Part shown: positions 11,551-25,330 of the stretch, one piece after another
How the letters are laid out: each line of letters starts with the position of its first letter
Position numbering within the stretch: position 1 is the first letter of the stretch
Assembly (NCBI GenBank): GCA_030704615.1
Contig: CM060734.1
Location: forward strand, 31,682,001 to 31,746,000
Direction of reading: 5' to 3'
DNA length: 64,000 bases
DNA from: Takakia lepidozioides
Lineage: Eukaryota > Plantae > Bryophyta
Notes under the pieces: generated by a model
What the model was told of the DNA's origin: nothing
What the model saw: the letters and a program-made list of their open reading frames with translations, nothing else
Databases searched by the model: none
Translations under genes and position numbers: made by a program

Positions 11551-14500
11551 TACAGAGATGTATTTGCTTGGAGCTACGAGGATCTGAAAGGGATACCACC
11601 TGAGATCTGTCAGCATAAGATTGAACTGGAACCAGGGTCAGTACCAATCAAACAGGCAAGGTATAGAATGAATCCCAACTATGCACAGAAGGTTGGAGAA
11701 GAGATCAAGAAGTTGGCTGAGGCTAAGTTTATATACCCGATAGAGTATACAACTTGGTTGTCACCCATTGTGATAGTTCCCAAGAAGAATGGTAAACTGA
11801 GAGTTTGTGTGAACTATAAGAAGTTGAATGCTTGTACGAAGAAAGATCTTTTCCCTTTGCCATTCACAGAAGCGGTATTAGACATTGTGGCAGGCCATGA
11901 GATGTACTCATTCATGGATGGCTTCAGTGGTTATAATCAAGTGCAAGTGGCAGAAGAAGACCAGGGAAAGACAGCTTTCATCACAGACTGGGGTGTTTAT
12001 GCATACAAAGTTATGCCTTTTGGACTTTGTAATGCACCAGCAACCTTTCAGAGAGTGATAAGTGAATCTTTTCATGAGTATCTGGATGATTTCATGCAGG
12101 TGTTCTTGGATGATTTCAGTGTGTACAGCTCTAAGAATGAGCACTTGCATAAATTGGAGTTATGTTTGGCCAGATGTAGGATGAGAGGTCTGGGTCTGAA
12201 TCCAGAGAAGTGTACTTTCTGTGTGAACTCAGGGGTGCTTTTGGGACACATTGTGTGTAAGAGGGGACTTCTTGTGGATCCCAGAAAGACAAAGGCCATT
12301 AAAGCCTCTCCACCACCAGTAAATGTTAAGAGTCTAAGGAGATTCCTTGGACAAACTGTCGCGGCCCTTTGCCTTGAGGGCAGGGGGTCGGGACACATGA
12401 GGGGCTGCCCCTGTGGTGGGGGCAGCGGCAGCGATAGGTATGGGGGGCTGAAGCACCCTTGAGTGCCCAAGGCACTCAGGGAAGCAGAGGCGCTCACTAG
12501 GTGGAAGCCCCGCACACCGGGTTGCGGTGGGGGTGGCTCGACAAGGGGTGGTGGTAGCTTAGCGGGACTTAGTGGGGGTGGCATAGGACTCACCATGGGG
12601 GCGGAGACCTCGTGGTGGGAGTCGTGGGGAGTTTTGGGACTCATCACGGTCCATAGGGGCCGTGGTGAGCGGGCCAAGACTCACCGCGACTCATCACCGG
12701 GAGTCGAGGGTTTTCGTGGTGGTTCGCCATAAAATGGCATGGCTGGTTGTGGAACCCCCGCGGACAGCTACAGAAGTATATATAGGGAGTAGTAACCCCG
12801 AGAACGGTGCAAGCCCGTTGGTGACCAAAAACTAGTGAGTAAGCGAGCGAGCCGGAAAGTGACCAAAGAGTGGGGAGTTGTTCCGGACTGCCATCTACCA
12901 AAGGGGTTCTCCTAGTCCCAATTAGGTGGAGGGTTTTAGAGGGAAGCGAAAGGGGACCGTTATGTCCCGGTGAGCAGCCGAAGCTCCAAGTTGGCCCGGC
13001 GGCCAGGTTGGGAGTCAGGCGCGCGCATCAAAGCGAGTAACTATGACTTGAAGGGGAGTTTACCGAAGTGAGGTGCGCGACACAAACCAGTTATTACAGA
13101 AGATTTGTCAGACGGTATGCACAGATAGCAGCACCATTGAGCAAGCTTCTGAAGAAAGATGCAGTGTTTGCATGGACAGCTGAATGTCAACAGGCTTTTG
13201 AGGAACTTACATTGTAAGTAACAACTACACCTGTGTTGATTAACCCTCACTGGCATGTAGTATTTCATGTTCACTGTGATGCCTCAGGAGAAGCGTTGGG
13301 AGCAGTGTTAGCCCAAAATGTTACAGGAAATATAGATTCACCTGTGTACTATGCTAGCAGGTTGATAAACAGTGCTGAAAGGAACTATAGCACAACTGAA
13401 AGAGAAGCACTGGCAATGATTTATGCAGTCAAGAAATTCAGGCATTACCTATTGGGAAGGAAGTTTATGTTTTATGTGGATCACCAGGCTCTGATATATT
13501 TGGTGAACAAACCTTTGATAAGTGGAAGGATAGCAAGGTGGTTAATAATCTTGCACGAGTTTGAGTTCGAGGTTGTTTACAAGCCTGGTCGTTTGCATCT
13601 TGTGGCAGGTCACTTGTCACGCCTATCAACAGGAGAGCCAGCCACAAGAGTAGACGACCAATTATCTGATGTGAGTTTATTTGCAGCGGAGGTGCAGGGA
13701 AGTGCAGATGACTGGTTAGATTGGCAGTGGCCAATCAGATACTACCTTACTCATGGTCAGTGCCCACCTAGTTATGGAAAGGAGCAGAGGAAGAGAATCG
13801 TTATCAAGGCTTTACCTTATACTACGGTAGGGGGCAGAATGTATAAGCTAGGACCTGATGGAGTACTTCAACGATGCTTGTACCACCATGAAGTAAATAA
13901 AGTTTTGGAGGAAGTTCATAAAGGAGTGGCTGGAGGTCATTTTGGAGAATAGACTACCAGTAGAAAGATACTACTTGCAGGTTACTGGTGGCCTACTTTG
14001 TTCAAGGATGTACACAAGTATTGTAAGAGTTGTGATGAGTGTCAGAGGCTAGGACCATTGCAGAGATCTGGGAAGATGGCTTTGCATCCTACGATGCCTA
14101 CTGAACCATTTCAGAAATGGGGACTAGACTTTGTTGGACCAATTAACCCACCAGCCAAGAATACACAGAAGAAGTATATAATCACAGCCACTGATTATAC
14201 TATAAAATGGGTGGAAGCTAAAGCTCTGAGGGACAACACAACTAAGTCCACAGCAAGGTTCCTGTATGAGAACATACTTACACGATTTGGCTATCCCCTA
14301 GAATTTATCAGTGACCAGGGAAGTCACTTCATTAATGAGACCATAGAACTATTGACTAAAGAGTTCATGATTGTGCATAGGAAGAGTACAACTTATTACC
14401 CACAGGGTAATGGGCAGGCAGAGACTACCAACAAAATACTATGTACTATCTTGGCTAAGATAGTCAATGCAAACAGAACAGATAATTAGTTTATGGTATG

Positions 14501-14880
14501 GAAGCTTTACTTCCAGTGGAATTCTTGTTACCTACCATGAGAACTGAATGGGGAAGGAGAATGGAATTGGAAGATTCAATTAAGGTCAAGAAACATGAAT
14601 TATACCATGTGGAAGAAGTACGTGCTGATGCAGCTGATAACATGACCAGAATTCAGATGAAGAGGAAGGATTAGTTTAATGAAGGTAAATTAAAGACTTT
14701 TAAGACGGGAGATTTGGTTCTGTGGTTGCAAAAGAAGGGGAAGATTAAGGCTTCTAAGCTTAAATCACCATGGAAAGGACCTTATGTCATACAGAAGATG
14801 TATGATAACAACACCGCCATGTTACAAACCATTAACAAAGAGATGCTGGGAAGAGTCAATGCCAATAAGTTGAAGGGATA
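11545..14880 (+). pseudogene. pol: RT, RNase H and integrase with GPY/F tail, interrupted by a solo LTR
   Basis: MDGFSGYNQ, MPFGLCNAPATFQR, FLDD; HCDAS...YSTTEREAL; H..GHFG/CDEC, WGLDFVGP, SDQG, NGQAE, WKGPY; short deletion near 14487. Confidence 0.95.
12357..13082 (+). mobile_element. Solo LTR (726 bp), same family as the split LTR at 20865-21419/32247-32358
   Basis: TGTCGCG...CGCGACA termini, 5 bp TSD CAAAC; removing it restores FLGQT|SYYRRFV. Confidence 0.95.
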
Positions 14881-15931
14881 CAGTGGTATCCATGACAAAC
14901 CATTGCAGCACGACTTGCATATTGAAACACAGAAACAGTCACGGGCTGCACCGGTAATACCAACGGAGCATGAAGCACTTATCGTAAAGCCGAATGTGTA
15001 TGGCCTGAGCGGAGAACACAGGTGTTCGCATAGTTATTACAGCCCACCACAGCATCACACAGCCTATCACAGCCCACCACAGTGCCACATAGTTTATCAC
15101 AGCCCACCACAATTTGACACAGCCTGTCACAGCCCAACACAGCCCACGCGGGTTACACAGTCCATAGGGTCAGTGACAGGTGGACGTGGGTTAACGTCCG
15201 AAAAGACAGCTTGGAAGTCAAACTCGGAGAAAGTGCCACGCGGACAGGGAAAGATGGAGGCAGGTCTAGAAACAAACACGTGGTCGCCAGGGCGAAGCAC
15301 ACCGCAGTGCATATATTGCAAAAGCGGGTATCATCATGCAAGAAGACAAATTGGGCCGTCAAAGTACCTACCCGATACATCAACCCAAACTATTTGTGGG
15401 CCCATTAATGCATTCAGGGCAAGGGTAACGGAACCCTTTACGAGTACAGAAAAGGGGGATCTTTGCCGCATGTGCTATCCTAGTGGACATTCCAGGGGGG
15501 AAAGTCCACTGAGGGGAGTTAAATTAAGAAGTTACCCAAGGAGGCAACAGCCAATCATGAGCAAGAATTACATGGAGGTGGTTTCCTCCAAGAAACAAGA
15601 GCAAGAAATTAGCAGGGTTATGAGCGCGAGAGTCGGGGTGGCTCCGAATAACCAGCGTCTCGGCAAGAGAGGCAATCAAAGCTATAGCTTTGTAGCTATG
15701 GCGGATATTACAGATTATACGCTCGCTTTACTTCTCACGCAGTGGCACAAGGACGGACGGGTTAAGAGTACATTCTCTCTCACTCAATACTTGCAAGCCC
15801 CACAGGCTTACACGCACTTACCCGTTCCATTATGTGCCAACCATACCTTTATGCTCTGTGCCCTGCAAGCTTTTCTTCAGCTGTTTCAAACAAGGCCTTT
15901 TTGTTTGTCTAGAATAAAGAGAGTGAGGGGA

Positions 15932-18900
15932 ATGGAGGATATCAGGGTGAAGAGCACCACGATACTGCAGAAGCAAACAATTGCTACACCGCAGGCAGTG
16001 CAGCTGCTGAGGGAGTTGCGATTGGAAGGGCTGCTACGCAAGGACTGGTCTTTGCATCATCGGCAATATGTGCTTCAATTTCTTCAGAACTTTGAGCCTA
16101 GGACGGGAGTAACCCAGGTGAGGGGAGTAAATATAGAAATTACTCCCCAGTACCTGCAGCAATTGTTCGAATTGCCATCGGGTCATGTGGATGTGGATGA
16201 GCACAGGGCAAGATTGCAGATAGGGAATGTGTTCCAAGAAGGGAGTTTCTTTAAGACTCAAGGTTACGCTTGCACCAAAGCCGAGTACCCTGGGCTCAGA
16301 GATGTTGGCCAAATACTGAACGTTCTGTTTGCCATGAAACTAAACCAACAGTATTTGAGCAGGTCATTCACAGAGGAGATACTGAAAGCCTTGCGAGGAG
16401 AGGATGTAGTTTGGGCAGAGTTAATGTACAATGGTCTGGTGGAAGAGATGAAGAGGTTACAGGGCACTGCTGCTAAGTCTCCGATCATCGTGTCTAGCCC
16501 AGTCATTACTCAGATCATTCTTGACTCTTGCATACTTGATGCGCGAGAACGTAAGGAGATGGGAGTGTTTGAGGCAGCAACCACTGCAATGGAGGAGCAG
16601 GGTTCTTCACATAGTGAGGGTGGACTGGCAGAGCAACACCAGTCTAAGAGACAGAAGAGGGGTATGACTGTAGTGGCGGATCCACTGGCTTCAAGAAAGC
16701 CGCACGATGATGTTTCCCAAGCTCTTGTGCAGGATGTGGCACAGCAGCACAGAGGGCTGTTATTACTAAAAGCACGACCTTTGGAGAGGGAAGAAAAAGT
16801 CACTTCGGTACCACAGCCATCACAGCCAGTTGAATCGGCTGTCTCAGAGGTTTCAGTTAGTACATGCTGTTCCACCAGAGCCTATTGCTTTGGAAAGAGA
16901 AGGGTTGGACATTCCCACTACAGAGCAAGTCGTGGCAGAAATTGAGAAGGGTGACCTTCTCTATGAAAACTCTGGCTTGGTCAGGGAATCAGTGGTACCA
17001 GAGGTGCAGAGTCTGTCCAGGGAAATCCCTGCTGTGCATGTAATACCCACACCTGTGACGGAGGTACCAAGGGTAGAATATAAGGACACTGCAGCACTTG
17101 TGGAGGATGAAGTGGTTCAGGAAGAGGATTTGGTGGGGCAATGGCCTGAATGGTTGGTGAAGCATCACACTGTGGAGGATCAGGGAGAACAGCAGCAAGT
17201 TCACCATGATGACCCCCAGCAGACCATGCTTATGAGTTCCATAAGCAGGACACTCAATTTGTTGGGCACTTATGTGAAATCCTATGTTCCATCTACCCAA
17301 TTGGCAGCTTTGAGGGAGGAACTCAGGAAGGAGTTTGAGACTCAAATTGCCACTGAGTGTGCTAACAAGGTAGATGTGGAGATCAATCTCAAGTTACAGC
17401 AAGAGTTGGAGGACACAAAGGCTGCCTTGCAGTTGGCTAAGGGACATTTGATTGAAGCAGGTCTCGAGCAGGACCAGTTGCATGAAGCACATAAGCAACA
17501 GTTATACCAATTGCAGGTGAAGCACGAGGGCAAGTTGCAAGAAGCAAACGTATTACATACAGAGTTGGAGGCAGTACATCAGAGGATGACCATACAATGT
17601 GCTACACTCACAACTGCTCTAGAGCAAACTGCATTAGAAGTTAACAGACAAGGGGAGAGATGTATGATGGCAGAAGCTGAGATAATAGAGCAAGAGAAAC
17701 TCATTGTTGATTTGCAGGCTACAATCTGTCGCAATGAGAATACTTTCCAGAGTACAGACAGGTTGAGGCTGACCAGGAGAGGTACATCCTGGAGTTCAGT
17801 CATGGTCAATAGAAATGAACTCTCTGTGGCTAACAAGACTTGGAAGGAAGCCAATAATCTAGCTGCTGCCTATGCGGGCCTGGTTGAACCTCATGCAAAG
17901 CGCATGGAGGCTTTACAGCAGCAGTTAGATGTGTACAGACTCACGGAGGAGCAGACTCTCAGGGGTGCCACACAGGACTTGGTGGATAACCACTTTATGC
18001 AGGTCTGGTTAGCACAAGGGCCGGTAGAAGGCAAAGCACCAAGGAAGCTCACCCAGGGCGAGATGAATGAGCTCAGATTGCAGGTGCAAAACATTGCCAC
18101 AACTACTATAGACAATGTCTATAGTAGAATAGCGGAGCTACAGGAGGTTGTGGAAGGCCTGCGGACTCAAGTGGATGACCTGAGTTCGAATATTGACAAG
18201 AGAGTCTTTGTTCCTGAGGAGCAGCTGATGGCTACTTATTTACATGCTAGGACTCTAATTTTTCAGTTTTCTTCGCAGGGGGTGCAGGAGATGCCAGTGG
18301 TAGAAGGGCCAGTGGTACCAATTCCACAGCAGGTGCCTGTGCAGGTAACTGACCTTGTTGCTACTACAGCCCAACCACAGCCTGAGGTATGGGGGGATGT
18401 TGCTCTTAACCCACCTAGGACTCCTGTTGCACGGGAGTACAGTCGGGCTACGATTATGCCCTTCAACCAAATTCCCATTGTGCTGGATTTGGCTTGGAAG
18501 GAATTTAGTCCTCCACAGTCGTTGGCACACTACTACCAAATCATGCGCATTTGGTTGCCAGTGGCAACTCGGACTAAGGTTCTTCCGAACAATCGACCCA
18601 TTGAGAATCATCACTTTGCAAGGTACTGGTCTGAGGCAGGTACCATGCTGAAGGTATTAATTGCCTTCTAGGTTGTACATGGGTACATCTATACCAAGAC
18701 CAAGGAGGTATCTAGTATTGTCATGGGCTGTGGATTATACTATGCTGCTTGTTTTATGGCACGTTATCACATTGAGCAGCAGAAGATGCAATCACGATTT
18801 CTGAGTTATTCCAGTGGGGATCATTGGGTCTTACCTTCAGTGCCACCTCATATGTATCTATATGATGCAAAAGTTATGATGCAGAAGGATTCCCAACTTC

Positions 18901-19460
18901 GTTCATGGTTTAATTCGGCTTGGAACAATTTGGCAACACAGAAATTCGGCCCTGAGGATATTTTCTTTAAGGGACATGAAGCCTGGAAATACTTACACTT
19001 TTCCAAAGTCATTGGCACACCTCTCACCTATACGGCTAAGGAGTTCAGGGCGTTCACTAATTTTGCTTGCAAGCGCTTACAGCAAGTCGTACAGTTTAAA
19101 CTTCCAGACATGGTGGGCCTACATTGTATGCCACGCAGGATTCCCGAGAAGCCACTTAAAGTTTGGCCGTTAAAACACCTAAAGGGGGACGAGGATTCTG
19201 ATACTACTGTTTCTTCATAGGACTCTTTTGACATGGCAGAGGACTATGCACTTCAGATGGCAGAGAAGAAACGACGGGGATCTCCTATGCCTGAGAGGTT
19301 ACCTTGTTATCAGCCAAATGAGGGTCAAACATTTCCAGGTAGTGCTCAATCATCTCCATCAGCCAGTGACAGGACTCGGGCTCGCACACGGAGTCCTTCA
19401 CGAGACTCTCACCGACAGAAGGGTGCTCGCTCACAAAGTTTTTCTGATCCCAAACAGTAA
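15932..19460 (+). pseudogene. Long extra sense ORF between integrase and 3' LTR (~1,170 codons reconstructed; coiled-coil middle)
   Basis: ORFs 14714-16945, 16830-18671, 18723-19220 and 19233-19460 link through one frameshift and two in-frame TAGs; N-terminal LQFLQNF...VRGVNIEIT...LFELP resembles plant retrotransposon accessory ORFs. Confidence 0.75.
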
Positions 19461-19481
19461 ACCGTGAGGACACGACTTTTT

Positions 19482-19498
19482 GAGAGGGGGAGGGGTAA
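19482..19498 (+). promoter_or_regulatory. Polypurine tract
   Basis: GAGAGGGGGAGGGGTAA immediately before the 3' LTR. Confidence 0.9.
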
Positions 19499-20470
19499 TG
19501 TTAGAGGGCTGCTTGGGACTTAGACGCTTTTATGGGTTCTGTGGGGTACCCTTAATTTTTGCGCAGACTGAGACCAACATGAGCCTTAGGGGTGGCAGGC
19601 GCAGGCTTTAGGGGGGTTAGACAGCTCGTCACAGTCTATCACAGCCCGACACAACTTTACACAACCCGTCACAGTCTATCACAGCCAGACATAGTCTGAC
19701 ACAGCCCGACACAGCTTCGCAAAGTCAGTCACAACCCGGCACAGCTTCACACAGCGCGACACAGCTTCGCACAGCCAGTCACAGCCCGACACAGCTTTAC
19801 ACAGCCAGTCACAGCTCGGCACAGCTTGACACAGCCTGTCAAAGTACATGTGGAACAGTTATCATTAACAGGGAACGACTGTGTGGGAACGACATCTGCA
19901 GAGGGAACGTGTTACTTCAGGGCTGACGGTTAGTTAGTTAAGTGGTTAGAACAGCTTGCGGGTAGATTAGGCAGAGCGGCAACAGGAAGGGGAGCACTTC
20001 TTGAGGAGGGCGATTTGTTCAGGGGAGGAGGAGACGTAACGGAGAGCGGAAACAGTGAAGAGGAGATGATGACTTGATTGAGGCTTAATTCATGCAAGCT
20101 GTAAAATTATACAGTAGGGTAGATTAGAGACACCATGGCATAGGCATGATACATGATTAATCTTAATCCGATACTGAATCGATACAAACATACTGTGTAG
20201 AGAGACACGAGAGAAGTTGTGGAATGAATGCATGATTAATTGGAACTTAGTAGATACTGAAGCAATCTGATGCTTCAGTATACACGGTAAGATAAATTGA
20301 TAACATGAAGGCAAGAAGGAATACAAATAGGAAGCACAACCATGATTCACTAGCTGCAAGTCACGACTGATTGTTCTGAGCGGGCTGAGTGCTTAGAGAT
20401 ATCCAACTCTTCTATCTTGGAGTTTCCACCTCGGATAGCGAAGGGATGGGTGAGTAAAAGCTGCTCGACA
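19499..20470 (+). repeat. 3' LTR
   Basis: Copy of 498-1468. Confidence 0.95.
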
Positions 20471-20829
20471 AGTGCCTTCCAATTTCAGATGCCCTCGAAG
20501 GTGTCGGGTTCCTTAGGCTTCACCTTAAACTTTGCCTTAGTGGAAGTGGCCTTGGCAGCTTTCATTATGTCCTTCAGTGTCCCGCCAAACTGTGCCAGGA
20601 GCCCTTCCCAAAAGGCTGCTGGCATGGGAGGCATCTGTTGGTCTGACGGAACCTTTGGGAAGTCTTTGGGCTCCATCCCCTCAAATTCCTCCCGCTCTCG
20701 AGTGGCCTCGCTATCAGAAGCATAAATTGCCTCTTCCAGTTGCCGCTCCGGTGACATGTCGCCCCCACCGGCCTCACCAAGATCATCTTTTGGGCCGTTC
20801 CGCTTTCGCTTTGTTTTGCCCGACCCCAT
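20471..20829 (-). pseudogene. 5' part of the gag that continues at 497
   Basis: MGSGKTKRKR...KFKVKPKEPDTFEG, just downstream of the split LTR. Confidence 0.85.
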
Positions 20830-20864
20830 GATGAGGCCGATCTCAAGGACGATCGCGTACTGAA

Positions 20865-21419
20865 TTGATGCGCGCGCCTAACTCCCAAACTGGCCGCCGG
20901 GCCAACTCGGAGCTTCGGCTGCTCACCAGGGCATAACGGTCCCCCTTGGCTCCTCCACGAGACCTTCACACATTTTGGATCTAGTGGAAATTCCCTTCGG
21001 TTGTTGGCAGTCCGAAACAGCTCCCCACACCTTCGTCGCTTTCCGGCTCGCATGCTTACTCACTAGTTTTTGGTCACCAACGGGCTTGCACTGTTCTCGG
21101 GGTTACTACTCCTTATATATACTTCTGTGACTGTCCGCAGGGGATTTCACAAACAACACAGTCATTTTATGGCGAACCACCATGAAGACCCTTGATTCCC
21201 GGTGATGAGTTGCGATGAGTCTTGGCCCACCCACCACGGCCCCAATGGACCGTGACGAGTCCCAAGACTCCCCACAACTCCCACCACAAGGTCCCCGCCC
21301 CATGGTGAGTCCTATGCCACCCCCATTAAGACCCACTAAGCTACCACCACCCCTCGTGGAACCACCCCCACTGCATCCCGGTGTGCGGGGCTCCACCTAA
21401 TGAGCGCCTCCGCCTCCTT
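20865..21419 (-). repeat. Distal part of the 5' LTR of the minus-strand gypsy (proximal part at 32247-32358)
   Basis: Reverse complement aligns with solo LTR 12357-13082. Confidence 0.9.
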
Positions 21420-21860
21420 CAACGACGCTACCGCGTGAGCGTGCGCTCACGCTATGCTGACATGGCGCGAGCGTAGGGGTCCAGCAGCTGATGTGGCGTG
21501 AGCGTCGGCTCACGCTGATGTGGCGTGAGCGTGAGGGTGATGTGGCATGAGCGTGCTAACATGGTAGTGAACAATATGATGTGGCAGTCAACATGCAAAC
21601 GTGGCAGTCCACATGTCCACGTGGGATTCGGCCAATGTGGCGGATGCCTTGTCAACAGAAACATGTAGCGCCTATAGCCGAGGGACCTATTGCCGTGGCA
21701 TTCATTCAGGATAAATAGAATACGAAAACACCGGAAATGGGAAACCAGAAACATGTCGACGCATGCTTATCCATCCCATTTATTTTGCATTGATCACACT
21801 TTTAAAATGGCACACATTCCTCAGTCGTGGAAATTGCATTGGACGAAAGTCAGCTTCTTC

Positions 21861-24800
21861 CTATGTGCTTCTATCCCGCTGCATAAGTGTATTCACCTCG
21901 TTGAAACTCATGGTGGCCTGGTGAATGAAGATGTTGCGTTTGGGATCACAAATCATTATGTTCATGAAGATAAAATAAAGATGCTTACAGGGTACAAATT
22001 TGCCTCTCTTTCCCAAACTTGTTGAAAGCATGCCAACAAAATCAGGACAGGTGCAGTTGGGGAAATTTGAAACTGTGATGTCGTAGAATCTGTCATGCAT
22101 AGCAGATGTAGAGGTCATCATAGTATAGATCCAACCATACCCGGGATCTGCAACTTCCGTAGTGCCTGCAACACGTCCTAGAAGCATTCGAGCGGATTTC
22201 ACCTTGCCGAAGTGCTCGGCAGTTGGAGGGAAACGACGTACTACCTTCCCATTTCTTTTTGTTGGCCATGCATCTGGGTTGGCTGGTGGCACTCTAGAAC
22301 TTCCTGAAGTGGAAGCACTCGCACGCACAAAGGCTTCTCGCTGAAGGGAGAACCCTGTCTCCTCCAACATTGCAATCTCCTGACTTGTGAGATGTGTCCC
22401 CACCTTGACAGGCCAAACGCTCGGTGGAGGAGGCTTCATGACCACTGATGGTCGCATGGTCCCACGCACGCACCTACCACAGTTGTCAGCGCAGAACCAG
22501 AATTTGTGGTTTTTTGCCTCTGGCCGCCCGTAAGGCTGGAACAAACCGGTGAAGGTCGGTGCCGAAGTGCAGGCACTGCCTCTGGATATGAAGGACTTGC
22601 ACTTCTCACGATTGGTGGCTCTGATTGTGGAGCACTTCACTCAAGACCCAGCTCTGGTGCGTTCTATGTGCCACACTTCGTCGGAGCAGGTGGACTCAAC
22701 CATAGGCGAGAGCATGCTGGACTCATTAACAGTGGGAGATGCTGGCGTGCTTTGTAAGAAACGTTGCTCCGCACTGGATATTCTAGAGACGAACCTCTCA
22801 TGCAATGGAACACGCGGAATGGAGAAGTTTTCCCTGTTCGCCCTGTGCGAGTCTGCATCCGACCCAGGAGGGGTGTTCAATTTCCGTTTACAGGACCCGA
22901 ATCTCTCCTTGCCCTCCAGATGGGGAACTCTGGACACTAGAGGCGTTCCCTCCGCACACATGCTGATAGCTCTGGCAATTTTGTTTGGATCCCCCGATCT
23001 TTTTGCAGCTCGCAACATCAACTCAGACTTGTCAGGGCTTTTGCCACCAATGCCACCCCTCAAGAAATCGCGATATCTCATTTGTTGCTACAGAGCTCGG
23101 ATGAGATCATCTGCCGTCGCCACATACAAATCCTGCCCCCGCTTTCCAGACTGCTGTAACCATGCATTGTGCACTGTCTCTGCTAGATTGCAAGAGGGCA
23201 TGTCCGCCATCTCCTCAATTGACAAGTGCTGCAGAAAGGGAAAACACACATCAGAACAAACAGGTGCACCCCACGATAGCAGACATGATTGGAAATGCAT
23301 ACAAAGCCAATGAGAATTCATGATCTGAAATTCAGGTACCGTTGTCATGCATGCTCCCCATTGTCTATACCGGAAATGCCAAAATGCTAGCCAGTCTTCC
23401 AGCGCTCTCATACTGTCTTCCGATACAGCCCCAGATGAGAACCACCAAGCACAAATTGACTGGAACAAAGTATTCGCCTCCGCCATGCTTTTGGCATCTT
23501 TGTATTATTTGCATAGCTTAAGATTAATCGGCCGCATATCCAGTTTGATGTCTGCCTTGGTATGTTTCTCAAGGGACTGCGTCCAATGGAAAAGACATGT
23601 TCGCTCTCTTCCTGGCATTGGCACTTTTGGATCTCCTGAACCGAACACAATGCGAACAGCATTGAAATTTGCTTGAGCACTGTCGACCATAAAACCAGCG
23701 AAATTTGGGGATGGGACACCATGGGATGCCATCACGCAAATGAGACATCTCCACATAAGCTGCTGCGACTCCGTATCCTCCGATTGCATGTCACACACTG
23801 CAATTGACATGACTCGCTGGTAGAAAGGATCGTAAACATGACACGCCATTGTTGTCCAGTCTTTCACTTGTTTGACGTGATCAAACATAAGGAAACAGTT
23901 CTGCAGAACGCCATCCTTTTGCATGCACTTGACAAGTTAAGACTCACTCCGCTGCCCTCCCCGGCTGTCAACATTTTGAAATTGTACACTTTGTTGGATC
24001 CTTGACCTGGGAACATGCTGTCTTGAATGTAGTCATACATGCTCCGAGACTTCAATTCCAAAGTGTTATCACCTCTGTTTGTAGAGTCCATCCTCAATGC
24101 ATTCACCTGGTTTCTAATGTTCGGTGAGCTCAAAGTTAAGAAGTGATCCATAACATTGACCAAGGCTTGGAGCAAGCAAGAGTTTCCTGGAAAGCCATAT
24201 TCTGAGTGTAGGGGACTCTGTGGGCAAGAAGCTGGAGGGATTGCGGAGGTGGTGGCTGTTGGATTGCTCTCGTACTCCTGTCTTATCAACTTCGATATTG
24301 TTTGAACACTCTCCCTGCAATCCCCCTTCGCCACAGGATGGTTGTGGAATCCGAAATGTACACAGGCTCTAGTCATGTTTTTCAAACGGTGAATAACATA
24401 GTATTTACATGTTGCACACACTACCAGACAGGAAGACTCTTGTTTGCAGAACTTGCAAACGAAAGTGTTGGAGCTTGGAGGTGCTTCACCGGATTTTCGG
24501 CGACACCCTCCCACTCGCACTGGTTGTGAACCTTCAACTGCTGGAAATGCCTACAATTCAAATTCTCGCACATGAGGTGCCCATTGCACAGGCTTCTCCG
24601 GAAGACGAGGTTGTCATGGTTTTGAATATTGGATGTTTTTGTTCTGCACCACGGGTGTCCATCTCCTCTCTTGTTCATTCCCTGCATGAGGCTCGTGACG
24701 GGTCCATCCCGCCCAGGTGGAGGTAGCTCGAAGATGACATCCCCATCATAAGCATACGGCAGGAACTCCACACACTCAATAGGGACAGTCTCCCAGTCAA

Positions 24801-25330
24801 TCCCCCACAATTCACTCTGGAAACCGGGCATTCCTCCCATTGACTTCAGTTTAGGAATGACACTGATGAGGTGTGCCACTTGCGGCTTCACGACCGGCGG
24901 TGTTTGCACATAAATTGGGATGCTGGGAACGTCCTCGGAGGAGGAGTCTGAGAGCTCAACTATTGGGGTGGAAGTAGTGGTCTCCGTCTTCACGACGATA
25001 TTCCTTTTCTCTTGAGCAACAGAACCAGCTGTTCCCGGGGAGATATACGAACCAGTGGACTGCCGCCGAGGAGCTCCGACGACCCTATATCTTCCTGGAG
25101 GCACTCTCCACTGACTCACAAGAGAATTTTCATCCGGCTTCTGAAATGAGCACTTGATCAACTTCCCGTGGACATCGTAAATCTCTTTCGAGGAAAACAG
25201 TGCCAATCTGGTACTCGAAACGCAATGCCAGGAGATGTTCCTGCGCAATTGCGTAACCATTGGAATCAGCATCCTTCGAGAAAGGGACAGGCTTCTCCAC
25301 AAAGTAAAACTCCGCTTCAGACGAACCCAT
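21861..25330 (-). pseudogene. MULE transposase with GCM-like DNA-binding domain, DDE core and SWIM finger
   Basis: W..TKTSN...RRSLCNGHLMC...CKFC...HFGFHNHP (GCM/WRKY-like); FDHVK, FMVDSAQA, CLFH, NLAETVHN (D, D, CxxH, E); CTCPDF...CKH (SWIM); probable intron 23229-23339; several frameshifts. Confidence 0.85.

Larger units (their letters stand above)
498..20470 (+). mobile_element. Full-length non-chromoviral Ty3/gypsy LTR retrotransposon (decayed, with nested insertions)
   Basis: Two ~970 bp TG...CA LTRs, 5 bp TSD AGTGC (493-497 and 20471-20475), PBS, PPT, order gag-PR-RT-RH-IN, no chromodomain. Confidence 0.95.

Noticed and set aside
12072-12732. Pro/Gly-rich ORFs, similar ones at 21106-21400
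   Set aside because: Open frames across a GC-rich LTR
22549-23313. 254 aa plus-strand ORF
   Set aside because: Antisense shadow of the MULE transposase
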